A DNA stretch of 44,841 bases from Parcubacteria bacterium OLB19 (GCA_001567365.1 JZEL01000027.1:1-44841), one strand, 5' to 3'. Shown: positions 1 through 9,892, counted from the first letter of the stretch. Program-made: numbers and translations. The notes: a model not told the origin generated them from the sequence alone.

Positions 1-10
1 CCATTAATAG

Positions 11-253
11 CTATGTGCCAGTATCTCAGAATCTGAATTATTCCAATACTCAGGTACCAAACCATCAAACAGTGTTATTAGAAGTGAAGCTGTACCTGTT
101 GCTCAAAATTTAACTCCATTACAGTCAATTTCTCAACATGGTTTTATTCAAAATCCACCACAAATGCCGAATCCAACCAAAGCGCCAATTGAACCACCGG
201 TAAAACCAGAAGACGAAAGTGATTTATATTCGATTAGAAATTTCACGGTTTAG
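11..253 (+). CDS. 3' end of a Pro/Gln-rich protein entering from the left edge (partial; upstream part appears to sit in another frame)
   Basis: The frame is open from 11 to TAG 251-253, with a strong hairpin terminator 12 nt later. The motif VPVAQNLTPLQ in this frame echoes VPVSQNLNYS, which is encoded at 15-44 in a different frame, suggesting an indel near 55-75. Confidence 0.3.
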   Translation, partial: LCASISESELFQYSGTKPSNSVIRSEAVPVAQNLTPLQSISQHGFIQNPPQMPNPTKAPIEPPVKPEDESDLYSIRNFTV

Positions 254-264
254 ATTAAAATAAT

Positions 265-299
265 AAAAGCCCCGCAAAATAATATTTTGCGGGGCTTTT
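265..299. terminator. Bidirectional rho-independent terminator between convergent genes
   Basis: AAAAGCCCCGCAAAAT / ATTTTGCGGGGCTTTT gives a 16-bp stem with an A-tract 5' and a T-tract 3'. Confidence 0.8.
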
Positions 300-305
300 A
301 TTATT

Positions 306-1844
306 TTAATCTCCCTCACCAATAGCTGTTTTGATATGTTTTCTAGCCATAGAAGTTTTAACAAAATTTAACCACTTTTTTGTTGGTTTAGCGGTCTTTT
401 TGGTTTCTATTTCAACAATATCACCATTTCTTAATTCTGTTTCGAGTTGTACTAATTTTTTATTTACTTTAGCACCAGCAGTATGGTCACCAATTTCTGA
501 ATGGATAGCATAAGCAAAGTCTACTGGTGTGGCACCAACCGGTAAATCAACCACATCACCTTTTGGTGTAAAAACAAAAATACGATTAGAGAAAAAGTCT
601 TTCTTTATATCTTCGATAAAATCATCAGTTGAGGATTTTTCTTTATTGGTATACATGTTACCAATTTGAGAAATCCAGCGGGGAATTTTATCTTGATGTG
701 GCGTGGTTCTGGTTTGGAAGTGATCCTCAGCGCCATTTTTCCAAGTGAATGGACGAAATAGTGACGGGATTAGAGACATAAATTTTGCAGAGTGAGATGA
801 TGTGTTACCAGAAACAGTGTGGTCTTTATAGGTGATATGCGAAGCTACACCAAACTCCGCTTCGTGATGCATTTTTCGAGTACGAATTTGTATTTCCATG
901 ATTACACCATTGGGGGTGGTGACGGTGGTGTGTATAGATTTGTAGCCGTTAGGTTTTGGAAAAGCAATATAATCCTTCATGCGTCCCGGTAGTGGTCGCC
1001 ACAGCTCATGTATTATACCCAAGGCTCGATAACAATCTTCGACGGTATTTACCACTACCCGCATGGCAAGCAAATCATAAACACCATCGATATCCCAATC
1101 TTTTCTCTTTAATTTATGATAAAGAGAAAAAAGACCCTTGACTCTGTATGAAGTATTAAAGTCTAGCAATTTCGCATCAAACAAGCGCTTCTGAAGAATT
1201 TTTCTTTCTTTTTCCAAAAGCTCATTGGATTTTCCTGTTTTAGATTCTAGTAGTTGTTTAACTCGTTTATATTCTTCTGGATAAACGTAAGCAAAAGATA
1301 AATCTTCAAGTTCCTTACGGATTTTACCCATACCCAAGCGGTGGGCAACGGCTACATAAATTTCCAAAGTTTCGCGAGCAATACGGAGTTGTTTTTCGGC
1401 TGGTACATACTGCAGAGTTTGCATGTTGTGTAGGCGATCGGCTAGTTTGATGATGAGTACTCGAATATCTTGACTGGTAGCGACAAAAAGCTTGCGTAAG
1501 CTCTCGTTGTGCCTATCGCTACCGTAATATCGTACGGAACTTAATTTTGTCACTCCATCCACTAAAAAGAGAATTTCTTCACCAAATTTATTTTTTATAT
1601 CCTCAGGAGTTACTTCTGTATCCTCGATAGTGTCGTGGAGTAATCCTGCCGAAATTGTGCGTGGACCCATGCCCATTTCAGCCAATATTTTACCTACCGC
1701 TGCCAAGTGGTTCATGTATGGTTCACCAGAATATCTAGTCATACCAGCATGAGCCTTTTCTGCAAAGGTAAAGGCTTCTTCAACCAACTTAATATCCTCC
1801 TCTGAACGATTGGTTAGGTGTTTGGTAATTTCTTTTACATCCAT
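306..1844 (-). CDS. relA: Bifunctional (p)ppGpp synthetase/hydrolase (RelA/SpoT homologue, short form without ACT domain)
   Basis: HD hydrolase motif LLHDTIEDT; RelA_SpoT synthetase block DLLAMRVVV...YIAFPKPNGYKSIHTTV; TGS domain IFVFTPKGDVVDLPVGATPVDFAYAIHSEIG. The ORF track extends to a TTG at 1880; ATG 1844 (MDVKEI...) is the more likely start. Confidence 0.93.
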   Translation of the reverse strand: MDVKEITKHLTNRSEEDIKLVEEAFTFAEKAHAGMTRYSGEPYMNHLAAVGKILAEMGMGPRTISAGLLHDTIEDTEVTPEDIKNKFGEEILFLVDGVTKLSSVRYYGSDRHNESLRKLFVATSQDIRVLIIKLADRLHNMQTLQYVPAEKQLRIARETLEIYVAVAHRLGMGKIRKELEDLSFAYVYPEEYKRVKQLLESKTGKSNELLEKERKILQKRLFDAKLLDFNTSYRVKGLFSLYHKLKRKDWDIDGVYDLLAMRVVVNTVEDCYRALGIIHELWRPLPGRMKDYIAFPKPNGYKSIHTTVTTPNGVIMEIQIRTRKMHHEAEFGVASHITYKDHTVSGNTSSHSAKFMSLIPSLFRPFTWKNGAEDHFQTRTTPHQDKIPRWISQIGNMYTNKEKSSTDDFIEDIKKDFFSNRIFVFTPKGDVVDLPVGATPVDFAYAIHSEIGDHTAGAKVNKKLVQLETELRNGDIVEIETKKTAKPTKKWLNFVKTSMARKHIKTAIGEGD

Positions 1845-2034
1845 ACTCTTAATTGTATGGGGGAGTGAGTAATATGGCAAGGGAAATTATAAGTAAATGT
1901 AAAACAGAGTGGTATAGAAAAGCGACCAACGTACCCAAACATTGCTCCCATGCGTTGACTTAATAAGTAAAAAATGTTTTAATTTGAAGAGAAGTTTTTA
2001 AAACCTTTCACGTATTATACGTAGGAGAGTAATA

Positions 2035-2823
2035 ATGTGTAATAAAGCTAGTATAAAATTACTTGGTGATTCGGATGAATGGGATGAAGAACAAATAAGT
2101 CTCGTAAGTGAATTATATCAGTTTTGCTTGCAAATAAGTCCTTTACCAAAAATAAACCCAGATAGTGATAATCTTGTTGAAGCTGACATGCTTGATCATT
2201 GGCGTGCTTTGCAACCATTGGTCAAATTATGTTTGTTTAAAAGTAACTCGGTAATTAAATTTGATGAGCATTCTGTTTTTGTTGAATCATTTTCTTTGCA
2301 AAAATTATCAATAATATTTGATTTATTTGTTGAAAATAATGATTATACCGCTGCGAGACAACTTCTTGTCGCCTTTTCTAAACATGGCATTCATGAACAA
2401 AAAACTTTTACGTTGATAGATGTATGTTTGAACAGTTCTATTGATAAATATTTTAATTATCGCTTTGTTGTTTGGAATATCTTATCTCTACATCTGGTTT
2501 GTGAAAATGAATACACTTTTGATGAGCAAAGACTTTTAAATAGCGTTAAAGAATTTGCAGATAAATGTTTTAAAGAAAATTATTGGGAGATATTGATTTC
2601 TATAATTGTTACTTCAGCTGATTATTTACCAAGTGATTTCTGTAAAAATCTAAGAGCACGTTTCTTGACAGTTTATAAAGAAAACAAAGAAGCAGTGATT
2701 GGTCTGACTGAGTCTGAAAAAAGAAGTTATAAACTAGATGAAGAAGTGTGTCAAGAAATTCTTCAATTCGCGGAGTCATTAGTTGAAACATATGTCTTGA
2801 TAAATAAGTTGTCTGGAAAATAA
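2035..2823 (+). CDS. Hypothetical cytoplasmic protein, no recognisable domain
   Basis: 262-aa ORF with AGGAGA (2023-2028) 6 nt upstream of the ATG and a terminator after the stop. The sequence looks helical, Cys-containing and very AT-rich. Confidence 0.6.
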   Translation: MCNKASIKLLGDSDEWDEEQISLVSELYQFCLQISPLPKINPDSDNLVEADMLDHWRALQPLVKLCLFKSNSVIKFDEHSVFVESFSLQKLSIIFDLFVENNDYTAARQLLVAFSKHGIHEQKTFTLIDVCLNSSIDKYFNYRFVVWNILSLHLVCENEYTFDEQRLLNSVKEFADKCFKENYWEILISIIVTSADYLPSDFCKNLRARFLTVYKENKEAVIGLTESEKRSYKLDEEVCQEILQFAESLVETYVLINKLSGK

Positions 2824-2842
2824 AAGTTGTATGTATAATATA

Positions 2843-2880
2843 AAAACAGCAAGAATTTTTAAACTAACTCTTGCTGTTTT
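2843..2880. terminator. Bidirectional terminator (hypothetical gene / topA)
   Basis: 12-bp stem AAAACAGCAAGA ... TCTTGCTGTTTT. Confidence 0.75.
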
Positions 2881-2883
2881 CTT

Positions 2884-5244
2884 TTACCCCTGCTTCAACA
2901 ACTCCACTGCCACCTCAATCGTCATATCATCTGTACTTATATCATCAGGGATTGAGATTCTTTTGAAACCTTTCTTTAAATAACGACCAGATTTTGATTC
3001 AAATAAATTAACCATTTTTCTGGTAGTAGGATGAATACCTAATTCTTTAATCAACTTTTCACCTTTGCGCATTTGCTTTGGTTCTTTGTAGATTTCTAGT
3101 GCTCGTTCGTAGGTGACGGTATAAGGGTTGTCGGCACCCTTGAGTGAACGAAAATCACCAGCATGCGCCAGATAAGGTCCAAATTTACCAGTGTTAGCAA
3201 TGATCGGTTCACCGGTTGTAGGATGGGTACCAAGTTCGCGTGGTAAGGTAAGATACACTAAAGCTTTTTCTAGAGTAACATCTTCTGGCTTTACTCCGGC
3301 TGGTAGAGAAGCACGTTTTGGGGTTATAGCCTTCTTACCTTTAATTTTTTCTGGAGTGGCTCCAAGTTGAACATAAGGTCCAAATTTGCCGTTTAACACA
3401 AAAATAGGTTCTTTGGTTTCTGGGTGGAGACCGATTGGCGCGTCGGGTTTCAGTTCACTACCATCAATCACTCTTGCACCATTACAATCAGGAAAACGAC
3501 TACAAGATAGGAATGTGCCAGACTTGCCTAGCTTGATAATCATGTCGGCACCACACTCGGGGCAAGGGAATTGTTTTGGACCAGCGCCTAGGTTGGTGAT
3601 TTTTTCAATATCAGCTTTGGCCTCAACACTTTTGTGGAATGGGGTATAAAAATCTTTCAGGGTTTTTACGTAGGTGCGTTTACCTTCAGCAATTTCATCA
3701 AGCTCATCTTCCATCTCGCTGGTGAAAGTGTCACTTATGTAGTCGGTGAAGTGTTGTTCAAGAAAAGTTGAAACTACATCACCGGTGTCGGTTGGAATAA
3801 GAGTGCGACCTTCCTTTATTACATAGCCACGGTCGGTGATAGTTTTCATGATTGAAGCGTAGGTGGAAGGGCGACCGATACCACGCTTTTCTAATTCTTT
3901 AATCAATCCGGCTTCAGTGTAACGATTTGGGGGTTCGGTTTGTTTAGCTTCGATATTTATTTCTTTCAAATCAAGAATATCGCCAACAGCTAATTTTGGC
4001 ACTTCAGTATCTTCACCTCGAGCACGAGTGTCGACTTTGAGCCAGCCATCGAAAATAACTCGTGAACCGGTAACGGTAAAGTCAGGAATAGTTTCTTTTC
4101 CATTCAATATATTAGAAACAAGTTTAGTGCGTTTTACGGTTGCGTCAGACATTTGTGAAGCGACTGTACGTTTCCAAATTAGCTCGTAGAGGGCTTTTTG
4201 ATCGGCAGTGCTACCAACTGAGTGTTTAGCAAAATTTGTCGGTCTTATGGCTTCGTGGGCTTCCTGAGCAGATTTACTTTTAGTTTTGTATTGACGGGGT
4301 GCTACATAGTCTTTGCCAAAATCAGCATGCAAAAGAGCAATGATTTGTTTTTGGGCAACTTCACTAATAGTAGTACTGTCGGTACGCATATAGGTAATAT
4401 GCCCTGCTTCATAAAGCTTTTGGGCGGCTCCCATAGTACGAGAAGGTGAAAAACCTAAACGGGTAGAGGCAGTTTGTTGCAAGGTGGAAGTGGTAAAGGG
4501 AGGCTTGGGTGAGCGTTTAACTTCAGTTTCTTTCAAATCAGCTATATGCCACTCGTGTGATTCACCAACTTTCTTAATTCTTTCTGCTTCAGATAATTCT
4601 TTCGGTTCTTCGGTACAAGAAAAAGGAATAAGCATTTTTTCTACACTCATATTAGCAACTAAGGTGTAGTATTTTTCTGGAATGAAAGCGCGAATTTCTC
4701 GTTCACGTTCCATAACAATTCGCAAAGCCGGAGATTGTACTCGACCAGCCGAAAGACCATAGCGAACTTTTTTCCAAATTAGTCCAGACAAATCATAACC
4801 CACAAGGCGGTCAAGGACGCGACGTGCCTCTTGAGCCTCTTTAAGATTTAAATCTAAATCACGCGGATTTAAAATCGCGTCCTTGACCGCCTGTTCAGTA
4901 ATCTCATTAAAAACCACTCGTTTAAGATTAGGATTAGCATCTTTTATGAGTTCTGCCACATGCCAAGCAATCGCTTCTCCTTCACGGTCGGGGTCGGAAG
5001 CAAGTAGGACCTCATCAGCTTTTTTGGCCGCGCTTTGCAAGCCAGAAATCACTTTTTCTTTTCCAGGAGAAACAATATAGCGAGGGACAAAACCGGCTTC
5101 TATATCAACAGCGTCAGTGTTACTTTTTGGTAAATCACGCACGTGACCAATAGAAGACATGACACGATAATTAGCTCCAAGGTATTTTTCAATAGTCTTA
5201 GCCTTAGCTGGTGACTCCACAATTACTAATGTTTGCTTGCTCAT
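2884..5244 (-). CDS. topA: DNA topoisomerase I
   Basis: TOPRIM N-terminus (LVIVESPAKAKTIEKYLG, DPDREGEAIAWH), topoisomerase IA core (ITYMRTDS), and a C-terminal C4 zinc ribbon CPECG...CSRFPDC. Confidence 0.97.
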   Translation of the reverse strand: MSKQTLVIVESPAKAKTIEKYLGANYRVMSSIGHVRDLPKSNTDAVDIEAGFVPRYIVSPGKEKVISGLQSAAKKADEVLLASDPDREGEAIAWHVAELIKDANPNLKRVVFNEITEQAVKDAILNPRDLDLNLKEAQEARRVLDRLVGYDLSGLIWKKVRYGLSAGRVQSPALRIVMEREREIRAFIPEKYYTLVANMSVEKMLIPFSCTEEPKELSEAERIKKVGESHEWHIADLKETEVKRSPKPPFTTSTLQQTASTRLGFSPSRTMGAAQKLYEAGHITYMRTDSTTISEVAQKQIIALLHADFGKDYVAPRQYKTKSKSAQEAHEAIRPTNFAKHSVGSTADQKALYELIWKRTVASQMSDATVKRTKLVSNILNGKETIPDFTVTGSRVIFDGWLKVDTRARGEDTEVPKLAVGDILDLKEINIEAKQTEPPNRYTEAGLIKELEKRGIGRPSTYASIMKTITDRGYVIKEGRTLIPTDTGDVVSTFLEQHFTDYISDTFTSEMEDELDEIAEGKRTYVKTLKDFYTPFHKSVEAKADIEKITNLGAGPKQFPCPECGADMIIKLGKSGTFLSCSRFPDCNGARVIDGSELKPDAPIGLHPETKEPIFVLNGKFGPYVQLGATPEKIKGKKAITPKRASLPAGVKPEDVTLEKALVYLTLPRELGTHPTTGEPIIANTGKFGPYLAHAGDFRSLKGADNPYTVTYERALEIYKEPKQMRKGEKLIKELGIHPTTRKMVNLFESKSGRYLKKGFKRISIPDDISTDDMTIEVAVELLKQG

Positions 5245-5348
5245 ATATTAGGTATAGACTGTAACAAATACTAGGAATGGGGAATAATGTCAAATTTTGG
5301 GGTGGGATAGTGAGTCCTTGAACTATTACTCAGCACTATTGACATACT

Positions 5349-5805
5349 ATGTTTTTTAGGATTTACTTATTGTGGAATTATTGTAAAAATACACCATATA
5401 TAGGAAAAGAAATGATAAAATTACTACTATACATAAAAACAACAATAGAATTCTGTCTTGAAGAAATATTCGTTAATAGTCCACCATTTAGTAGCATAGT
5501 TTCGTTTTTGATTCTAGCAGAAGTACTTGTGTATTTTTCGTACTACAACGAACCTTACTTAATAGGAATTTTATTTTTAAGTTTCTACATTTCTGCTACA
5601 TCAATTGGTTTCGGCTTTTTGTTAGGGTGTGTGTATTTTAAGAAGAATATAAAAAATAGATCCAATGTCCCAGGAAAAGTTGAATAATAATTTGATTCGT
5701 AGGTTCTCATTTTTTGGTGGCCCTGATGTTGTTGAAGAGTTTTTTATATCATCTTTACCAATAAATAAAAATTATTATTTAGGTGGAAGTAGAACTTTCT
5801 CATAA
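5349..5805 (+). pseudogene. Hypothetical membrane protein, apparently interrupted at an A6 run (pseudogene or assembly indel)
   Basis: ORF 5349-5687 (TM-rich) stops 135 nt before any terminator. Dropping one A from 5651-5656 continues it into the 46-codon frame 5665-5805, which ends 17 nt before hairpin 5823-5849. Confidence 0.4.
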
Positions 5806-5822
5806 CAATTCATTTTAAACCA

Positions 5823-5849
5823 AAGGCTCGGTCTTTATGATCGAGCCTT
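5823..5849 (+). terminator. Rho-independent terminator
   Basis: AAGGCTCGGTC / GATCGAGCCTT stem followed by a T-rich tail. Confidence 0.6.
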
Positions 5850-5868
5850 CTTATATTTAGAAGTAATT

Positions 5869-5920
5869 TTAAACCAAATTTCGGTAATACGAAGACTTAT
5901 ATTTTATATAACCTTGCATT
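5869..5920. repeat. Displaced copy of the dprA 3' end (direct repeat partner of 6492-6543)
   Basis: 52 nt with 3 mismatches to 6492-6543. On the minus strand it would read MQGYIKYKSSYYRNLV*, versus dprA ...MQGYIKYESPYYRSLV*. Confidence 0.85.
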
Positions 5921-5930
5921 ATATTGTTTT

Positions 5931-6369
5931 TTATAATCCAATATCCCCTAATAAAAAAAGAAAAAATGAAATAGTTGCTATTGCTATTACAATTCCTGAC
6001 ACAATGTTTAATAGGTGGTCCTTAGGTGAATAGTCTTTAAGTAATTTATTTATTTTTGGTTTTATAAGTAATGATAATGGTATAAATATCCCTAGTAAAT
6101 AAAAATTACCAATGGAGTCATTAGATTCATTGGAGTCTGCATATAAGGCAAACATTATACTGAAAAATAAAATTAATGTAGTTAAAAATAAGGTTTGAAA
6201 TATGTTGGACCCATGTTTGATTTGTGTGAGTATAGCCCAACCACCAATTATTGTAAGTATTGTAAAAAAGACTGAATTTATACCATTAGATAGGAAGTTA
6301 AAATAAAGAAAATATAACCCAATCATTGTTCCGATAACGAAACCAAGTATTTTTTAGTTTATTTTTCAT
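5931..6369 (-). pseudogene. Small multi-pass membrane protein; N-terminus displaced by one base at a homopolymer
   Basis: ORF 5931-6326 has 4-5 hydrophobic segments. An ATG at 6369 followed by removal of one base from the T6 run at 6350-6355 gives the N-terminus MKNKLKILGFVIGT, fused in frame. Confidence 0.5.
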
Positions 6370-6491
6370 ACGCTTGATTTGAATTGTAACACTAATGCAA
6401 TAAATTTAAATCTGTTAGTAAAATTTAAATAAGACATCCATTTTTTCTACTATCTTATAATTATTAATGAATATAGTAGATATTTTTTAAA

Positions 6492-6543
6492 TTAAACCAA
6501 ACTTCGGTAATACGGAGACTCATATTTTATATAACCTTGCATT
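6492..6543. repeat. dprA 3' end, direct repeat partner of 5869-5920
   Basis: See 5869-5920. This copy is contiguous with the dprA reading frame. Confidence 0.85.
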
Positions 6544-7366
6544 TCCATAGTCATTAGAATAATTCCTGCTTCATTAGTGGGGATGTTTAATTTTCTGATA
6601 AGAGTGTCGCGATCTAAGGGTTCGATTAGGGTTTGGATAACTTTTTCCTCTATTTCTGAAAGTTCAGGGCGGGGAGTGGAGGTGGTAGTTTTTTTCTTCG
6701 ATATTTAGTACAGCAAGAATATCACTGGCATCGGTAACCAAAGTGGCGCCAAGTTTTAAAAAATTGGTGAGTACCATAAGAATTTTTTGAAAAAATACTA
6801 CCAGGAACAGCGAGAAGCTCGCGATTGTAATCAGCTACCATACGGGCTGTAATAAGGGTGCCGGATTTTTCACCAGCTTCTATGAGAATAGTGGCGTGGC
6901 AAAGTCCAGCCATGAGTCGATTTCTTTGAGGGAAGGTCCAAGGGGCGGCGGCGGTCTTGGGTGGCAATTCTGATAAAAGACCACCGCCGCCCCTCAAAAT
7001 CCTCTCAGCTAATTCCTTGTGTCTTGCTGGATATAATACTGATTTATCAAGACCACTTCCGGGAACTGCCAAAGTGTACAAATTGTTTTTTAAGGCCTGT
7101 TCGTGTGCTAATCCATCTATACCTAGCGCCAAGCCCGAAACTATTCCTACAGGGTAATCTGCCAGTCCATTTATTAAATGTTCTATCACTTGCTTGCCAT
7201 AAGTGGTGTACTTACGTGAACCAACCACCGCTAAAAGTTTTAAAGCAGCTGGAGGTAAATTTCCTTGGTACCATAATTGGTCTGGTGGTTGAGGAATTTC
7301 TAGTAAAGCGCCAAGGTTATTTGGTGCAAAATCCGAAGGATTAAGGAGTTTGATTTCGTGAGACAT
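6492..7366 (-). pseudogene. dprA: DNA-processing protein DprA, spread over three reading frames (two +1 shifts at homopolymers)
   Basis: Frame 1 (7366-~6760) carries the Rossmann core GSRKYTTYG...VSGLALGIDGLAH...FPQRNRLMAGL...EAGEKSGTLITAR...AVPGSIFSKNSYGT. Frame 2 continues LKLGATLVTDASDILAVLNIEEK. Frame 3 gives the C-terminal winged-helix-like ELSEIEEKVIQTLIEPLDRDTLIRKLNIPTNEAGIILMTMEMQGYI, ending at TAA (complement of 6492-6494). The breaks are at A6 6758-6763 and T7 6689-6695. Confidence 0.88.
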
Positions 7367-7457
7367 GAGTAGATTTTAGCATGGCTTTAAATCCAACTAG
7401 TCAATTTCTTTTACTTTATGCTATAAGGTATAATCATACGACTATAAAATTACATTT

Positions 7458-8723
7458 ATGTTAGATATTAAATTTATTCGCGAGAACGCAGAGTTGGTAA
7501 AGATGGCGGCTAAGAAGAAGAAAATCACGGTCGATGTTGATAGACTTTTGGCTGTAGATGACCAAAGAAAAGAAATTATGACCAGTCTTGAAAGTCGAAA
7601 AGCTGAACAAAATCGGTTTTCTTTGGATATTGTGCAAGCGGGACAAGATCAAATTCGTCGCAATCAGCTTATTCTTGAAATGCAAGATTTAAAAGCGGAA
7701 ATCCAACGAGCGGAAGAATCTTTAAAACCAATTATGGTGGAATGGCAGGCTTTAATGCTTCAGATTCCCAATATTCCCGACATGTCAGTGCCAGACGGAG
7801 ACAGCGATAAAGATAATCTTGAGATCAAGGTTTGGGGTGAGCAGACTAAATTTAATTTTCAGGCCAAAGATCATATTGAGCTTATGACTAAGCACAAATT
7901 GGCAGACTTTGAACGAGGAGTTAAGGTCCATGGTTTCCGTGGTTACTATTTGCGGGGTGATGGGGCAAAACTATCTTGGGCAATTTGGAATTATGCCAAT
8001 CAATTTTTTATGGCGAAAGGTTTTGAGCCGCTACTAGGTCCTTCGATTGTACGAAAAAGTAATTTATATGGTACAGGACATTTGCCAAATGATGCTGATG
8101 ATGTGTACAAAACTCAAGATGACGATTATCTGATTGGCACCAGTGAAGTTTCCACTATGGGCTTTTATTCTGATGAAGTTTTGGAACAATCACAATTTCC
8201 GGTGAAGTTTCTATCTTTTTCTCCATGTTTCAGACGGGAGGCAGGTAGTCATGGTAAAGATACTAAAGGTCTGATTCGTGTCCATGAATTTAATAAAGTG
8301 GAGCAGGTGGTTTTGTGTGAAGCGTCACATGCCGAAAGTGTGCGTTTGCATGAATGGATAAATCGTAATACGGAGGAGTTTATTGAGTCTTTGGGAATCC
8401 CATATCGGACAGTGGTAAATTGTGGTGGAGATTTAGGGCAGGGACAGGTGAAAAAATATGACATCGAGCTTTGGGTGCCGGGAGAACAAACCTATCGCGA
8501 AATCAGCTCGGCTTCATACTTCCACGATTTCCAAACTCGTCGTTTCAATATCCGTTACCGCGATGCGGAAGGGAAAATGCGTTACGCTCACTCACTAAAT
8601 TGTACTGCTATACCAACACCTCGTATTTTGGTGTCTCTAATTGAAAATTTCCAACAAGCTGACGGTTCCATTGTTATTCCTGAAGCTCTGCGACCATTTA
8701 TGGGGAAGGGTCTAATCTCTTAG
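7458..8723 (+). CDS. serS: Seryl-tRNA synthetase
   Basis: N-terminal coiled-coil arm followed by the class II core (FRREAGSHGKDTKGLIRVHEFNKVE, GEQTYREISSASYFHDFQTRR). Confidence 0.96.
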   Translation: MLDIKFIRENAELVKMAAKKKKITVDVDRLLAVDDQRKEIMTSLESRKAEQNRFSLDIVQAGQDQIRRNQLILEMQDLKAEIQRAEESLKPIMVEWQALMLQIPNIPDMSVPDGDSDKDNLEIKVWGEQTKFNFQAKDHIELMTKHKLADFERGVKVHGFRGYYLRGDGAKLSWAIWNYANQFFMAKGFEPLLGPSIVRKSNLYGTGHLPNDADDVYKTQDDDYLIGTSEVSTMGFYSDEVLEQSQFPVKFLSFSPCFRREAGSHGKDTKGLIRVHEFNKVEQVVLCEASHAESVRLHEWINRNTEEFIESLGIPYRTVVNCGGDLGQGQVKKYDIELWVPGEQTYREISSASYFHDFQTRRFNIRYRDAEGKMRYAHSLNCTAIPTPRILVSLIENFQQADGSIVIPEALRPFMGKGLIS

Positions 8724-8735
8724 TTGTACGTAAAA

Positions 8736-8772
8736 CAAAAAGCCGGCGGTGAAAATCCGTCGGCTTTATTTT
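8736..8772 (+). terminator. Rho-independent terminator of serS
   Basis: AGCCGGCGG / CCGTCGGCT stem followed by TTTATTTTG. Confidence 0.7.
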
Positions 8773-8878
8773 GTGTATTTCATTTTCTTATTTTTAATTT
8801 TGCAACGAAGGTGAGTTTAGTCAAATTTGAGAGAAATTATCAAAGCTCGAGAAGAAATATGCTAACATTAAGCCCAGT

Positions 8879-9892
8879 ATGAAACCGATTCGTCCCAAAA
8901 CAGTAAATCGTCGACATTTTTATCTTGAGCCGGAAAAAATCCTGATTATAAAGCAGGTGTTGTTGGGATTATTTCTTTTTTCTATCGTTTCTTTGTTTTT
9001 GGCTGGTGTTTGGTATGGTACTAGAGTAGCTTCATTAACTATAGCTAATGTAGAAGCTGTTGATAGTGAAACTATTAGTGCAAATGTAGTAAAGGCAAAG
9101 GTAAATGATGTTTTGGTGGGTGAATATTGGCATTTTGTGCCAAAGCGTTTTTCTTGGTTTTATCCAGAGGAAGAAGTTGTTAAAAAGCTTGAAGAAATAG
9201 AGCGTATTAAGGACGTGCGAGTAGAAAAGGTTTCTGGTACTGAATTGAATGTTACTTTTTCTGAATATTTGCCTTATGCATTGTGGTGCAATAAGGAAAA
9301 TACTGATTGTTATTTTGTTGATGAAAAAGGTTTTGCTTTTGGTCGAGCTCCAGACCTTGCCGGCGAAAGTTTGGTTCGTTATCGTAAGCTTGGTGAGGAA
9401 CCACAACTTCGTAATAGTTTAATGTCTGAAAGTGATTTTACTAAAATTAAGAATTTTAATCACTTATTAGCTTCATCGGGGTGGTATGTCGTGGAAGTAG
9501 AAGTGGATGCGGTGAGAGATGTTTTTTATTTGCTTGGTGATGGTAGTGAAATTAGGGCAACGTTAGAAGCCGATCCAAATGAAACTTTTGCTTATTTTGA
9601 TACTTTAAGAAAGTCAGAAGAATTCACACATTTGTCACCTGGTAATTTCCAATATATCGACTTGCGTTTTGGAGAAAAGGTTTATGTAAATGAAGAGAAT
9701 GGTTTAGCTGTTGCTAGTAGCACAGATGAAACTGTAGCGACAGAAGTTACTACTAGTCTACAATCAGAGGATGTTGCTTTAGCTAAAAAGAGTATACAAA
9801 GTACCAGCACTTTGAATGTATCTGACGAAGAAGTTGTTGGTATTGTTTCGATTGATACTGCTGAGATGTCTACTGCGACCACTAGTCAGTAA
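8879..9892 (+). CDS. FtsQ-type cell-division protein (TM anchor + POTRA) with a Ser/Thr/Glu-rich tail
   Basis: Single N-terminal TM segment. POTRA-like block IERIKDVRVEKVSGTELNVTFSEYLPYALW. The C-terminus is low complexity. Confidence 0.6.
   Translation: MKPIRPKTVNRRHFYLEPEKILIIKQVLLGLFLFSIVSLFLAGVWYGTRVASLTIANVEAVDSETISANVVKAKVNDVLVGEYWHFVPKRFSWFYPEEEVVKKLEEIERIKDVRVEKVSGTELNVTFSEYLPYALWCNKENTDCYFVDEKGFAFGRAPDLAGESLVRYRKLGEEPQLRNSLMSESDFTKIKNFNHLLASSGWYVVEVEVDAVRDVFYLLGDGSEIRATLEADPNETFAYFDTLRKSEEFTHLSPGNFQYIDLRFGEKVYVNEENGLAVASSTDETVATEVTTSLQSEDVALAKKSIQSTSTLNVSDEEVVGIVSIDTAEMSTATTSQ

Noticed and set aside
6402-6430. Two copies of AAATTTAAAT 9 nt apart upstream of the cassette membrane-protein gene, as an operator.
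   Set aside because: A 10-mer of pure A/T recurring in a very AT-rich spacer could easily be chance. There is no further symmetry or conservation evidence.
6957-7344. Antisense and overlapping ORFs in the track: 331-513, 956-1141, 3386-3649, 4222-5080 set, 6957-7344, 7461-7685, 9035-9406, 10387-10620, 10908-11177, 11569-11853, 18376-18669, 22101-22565, 26253-26519, 34947-35255, 36392-36604, 38584-39380 set, 43100-43294, 44098-44322.
   Set aside because: They are shadow ORFs inside or opposite strongly supported genes. They have no motifs, odd composition, and no independent start or terminator signals.
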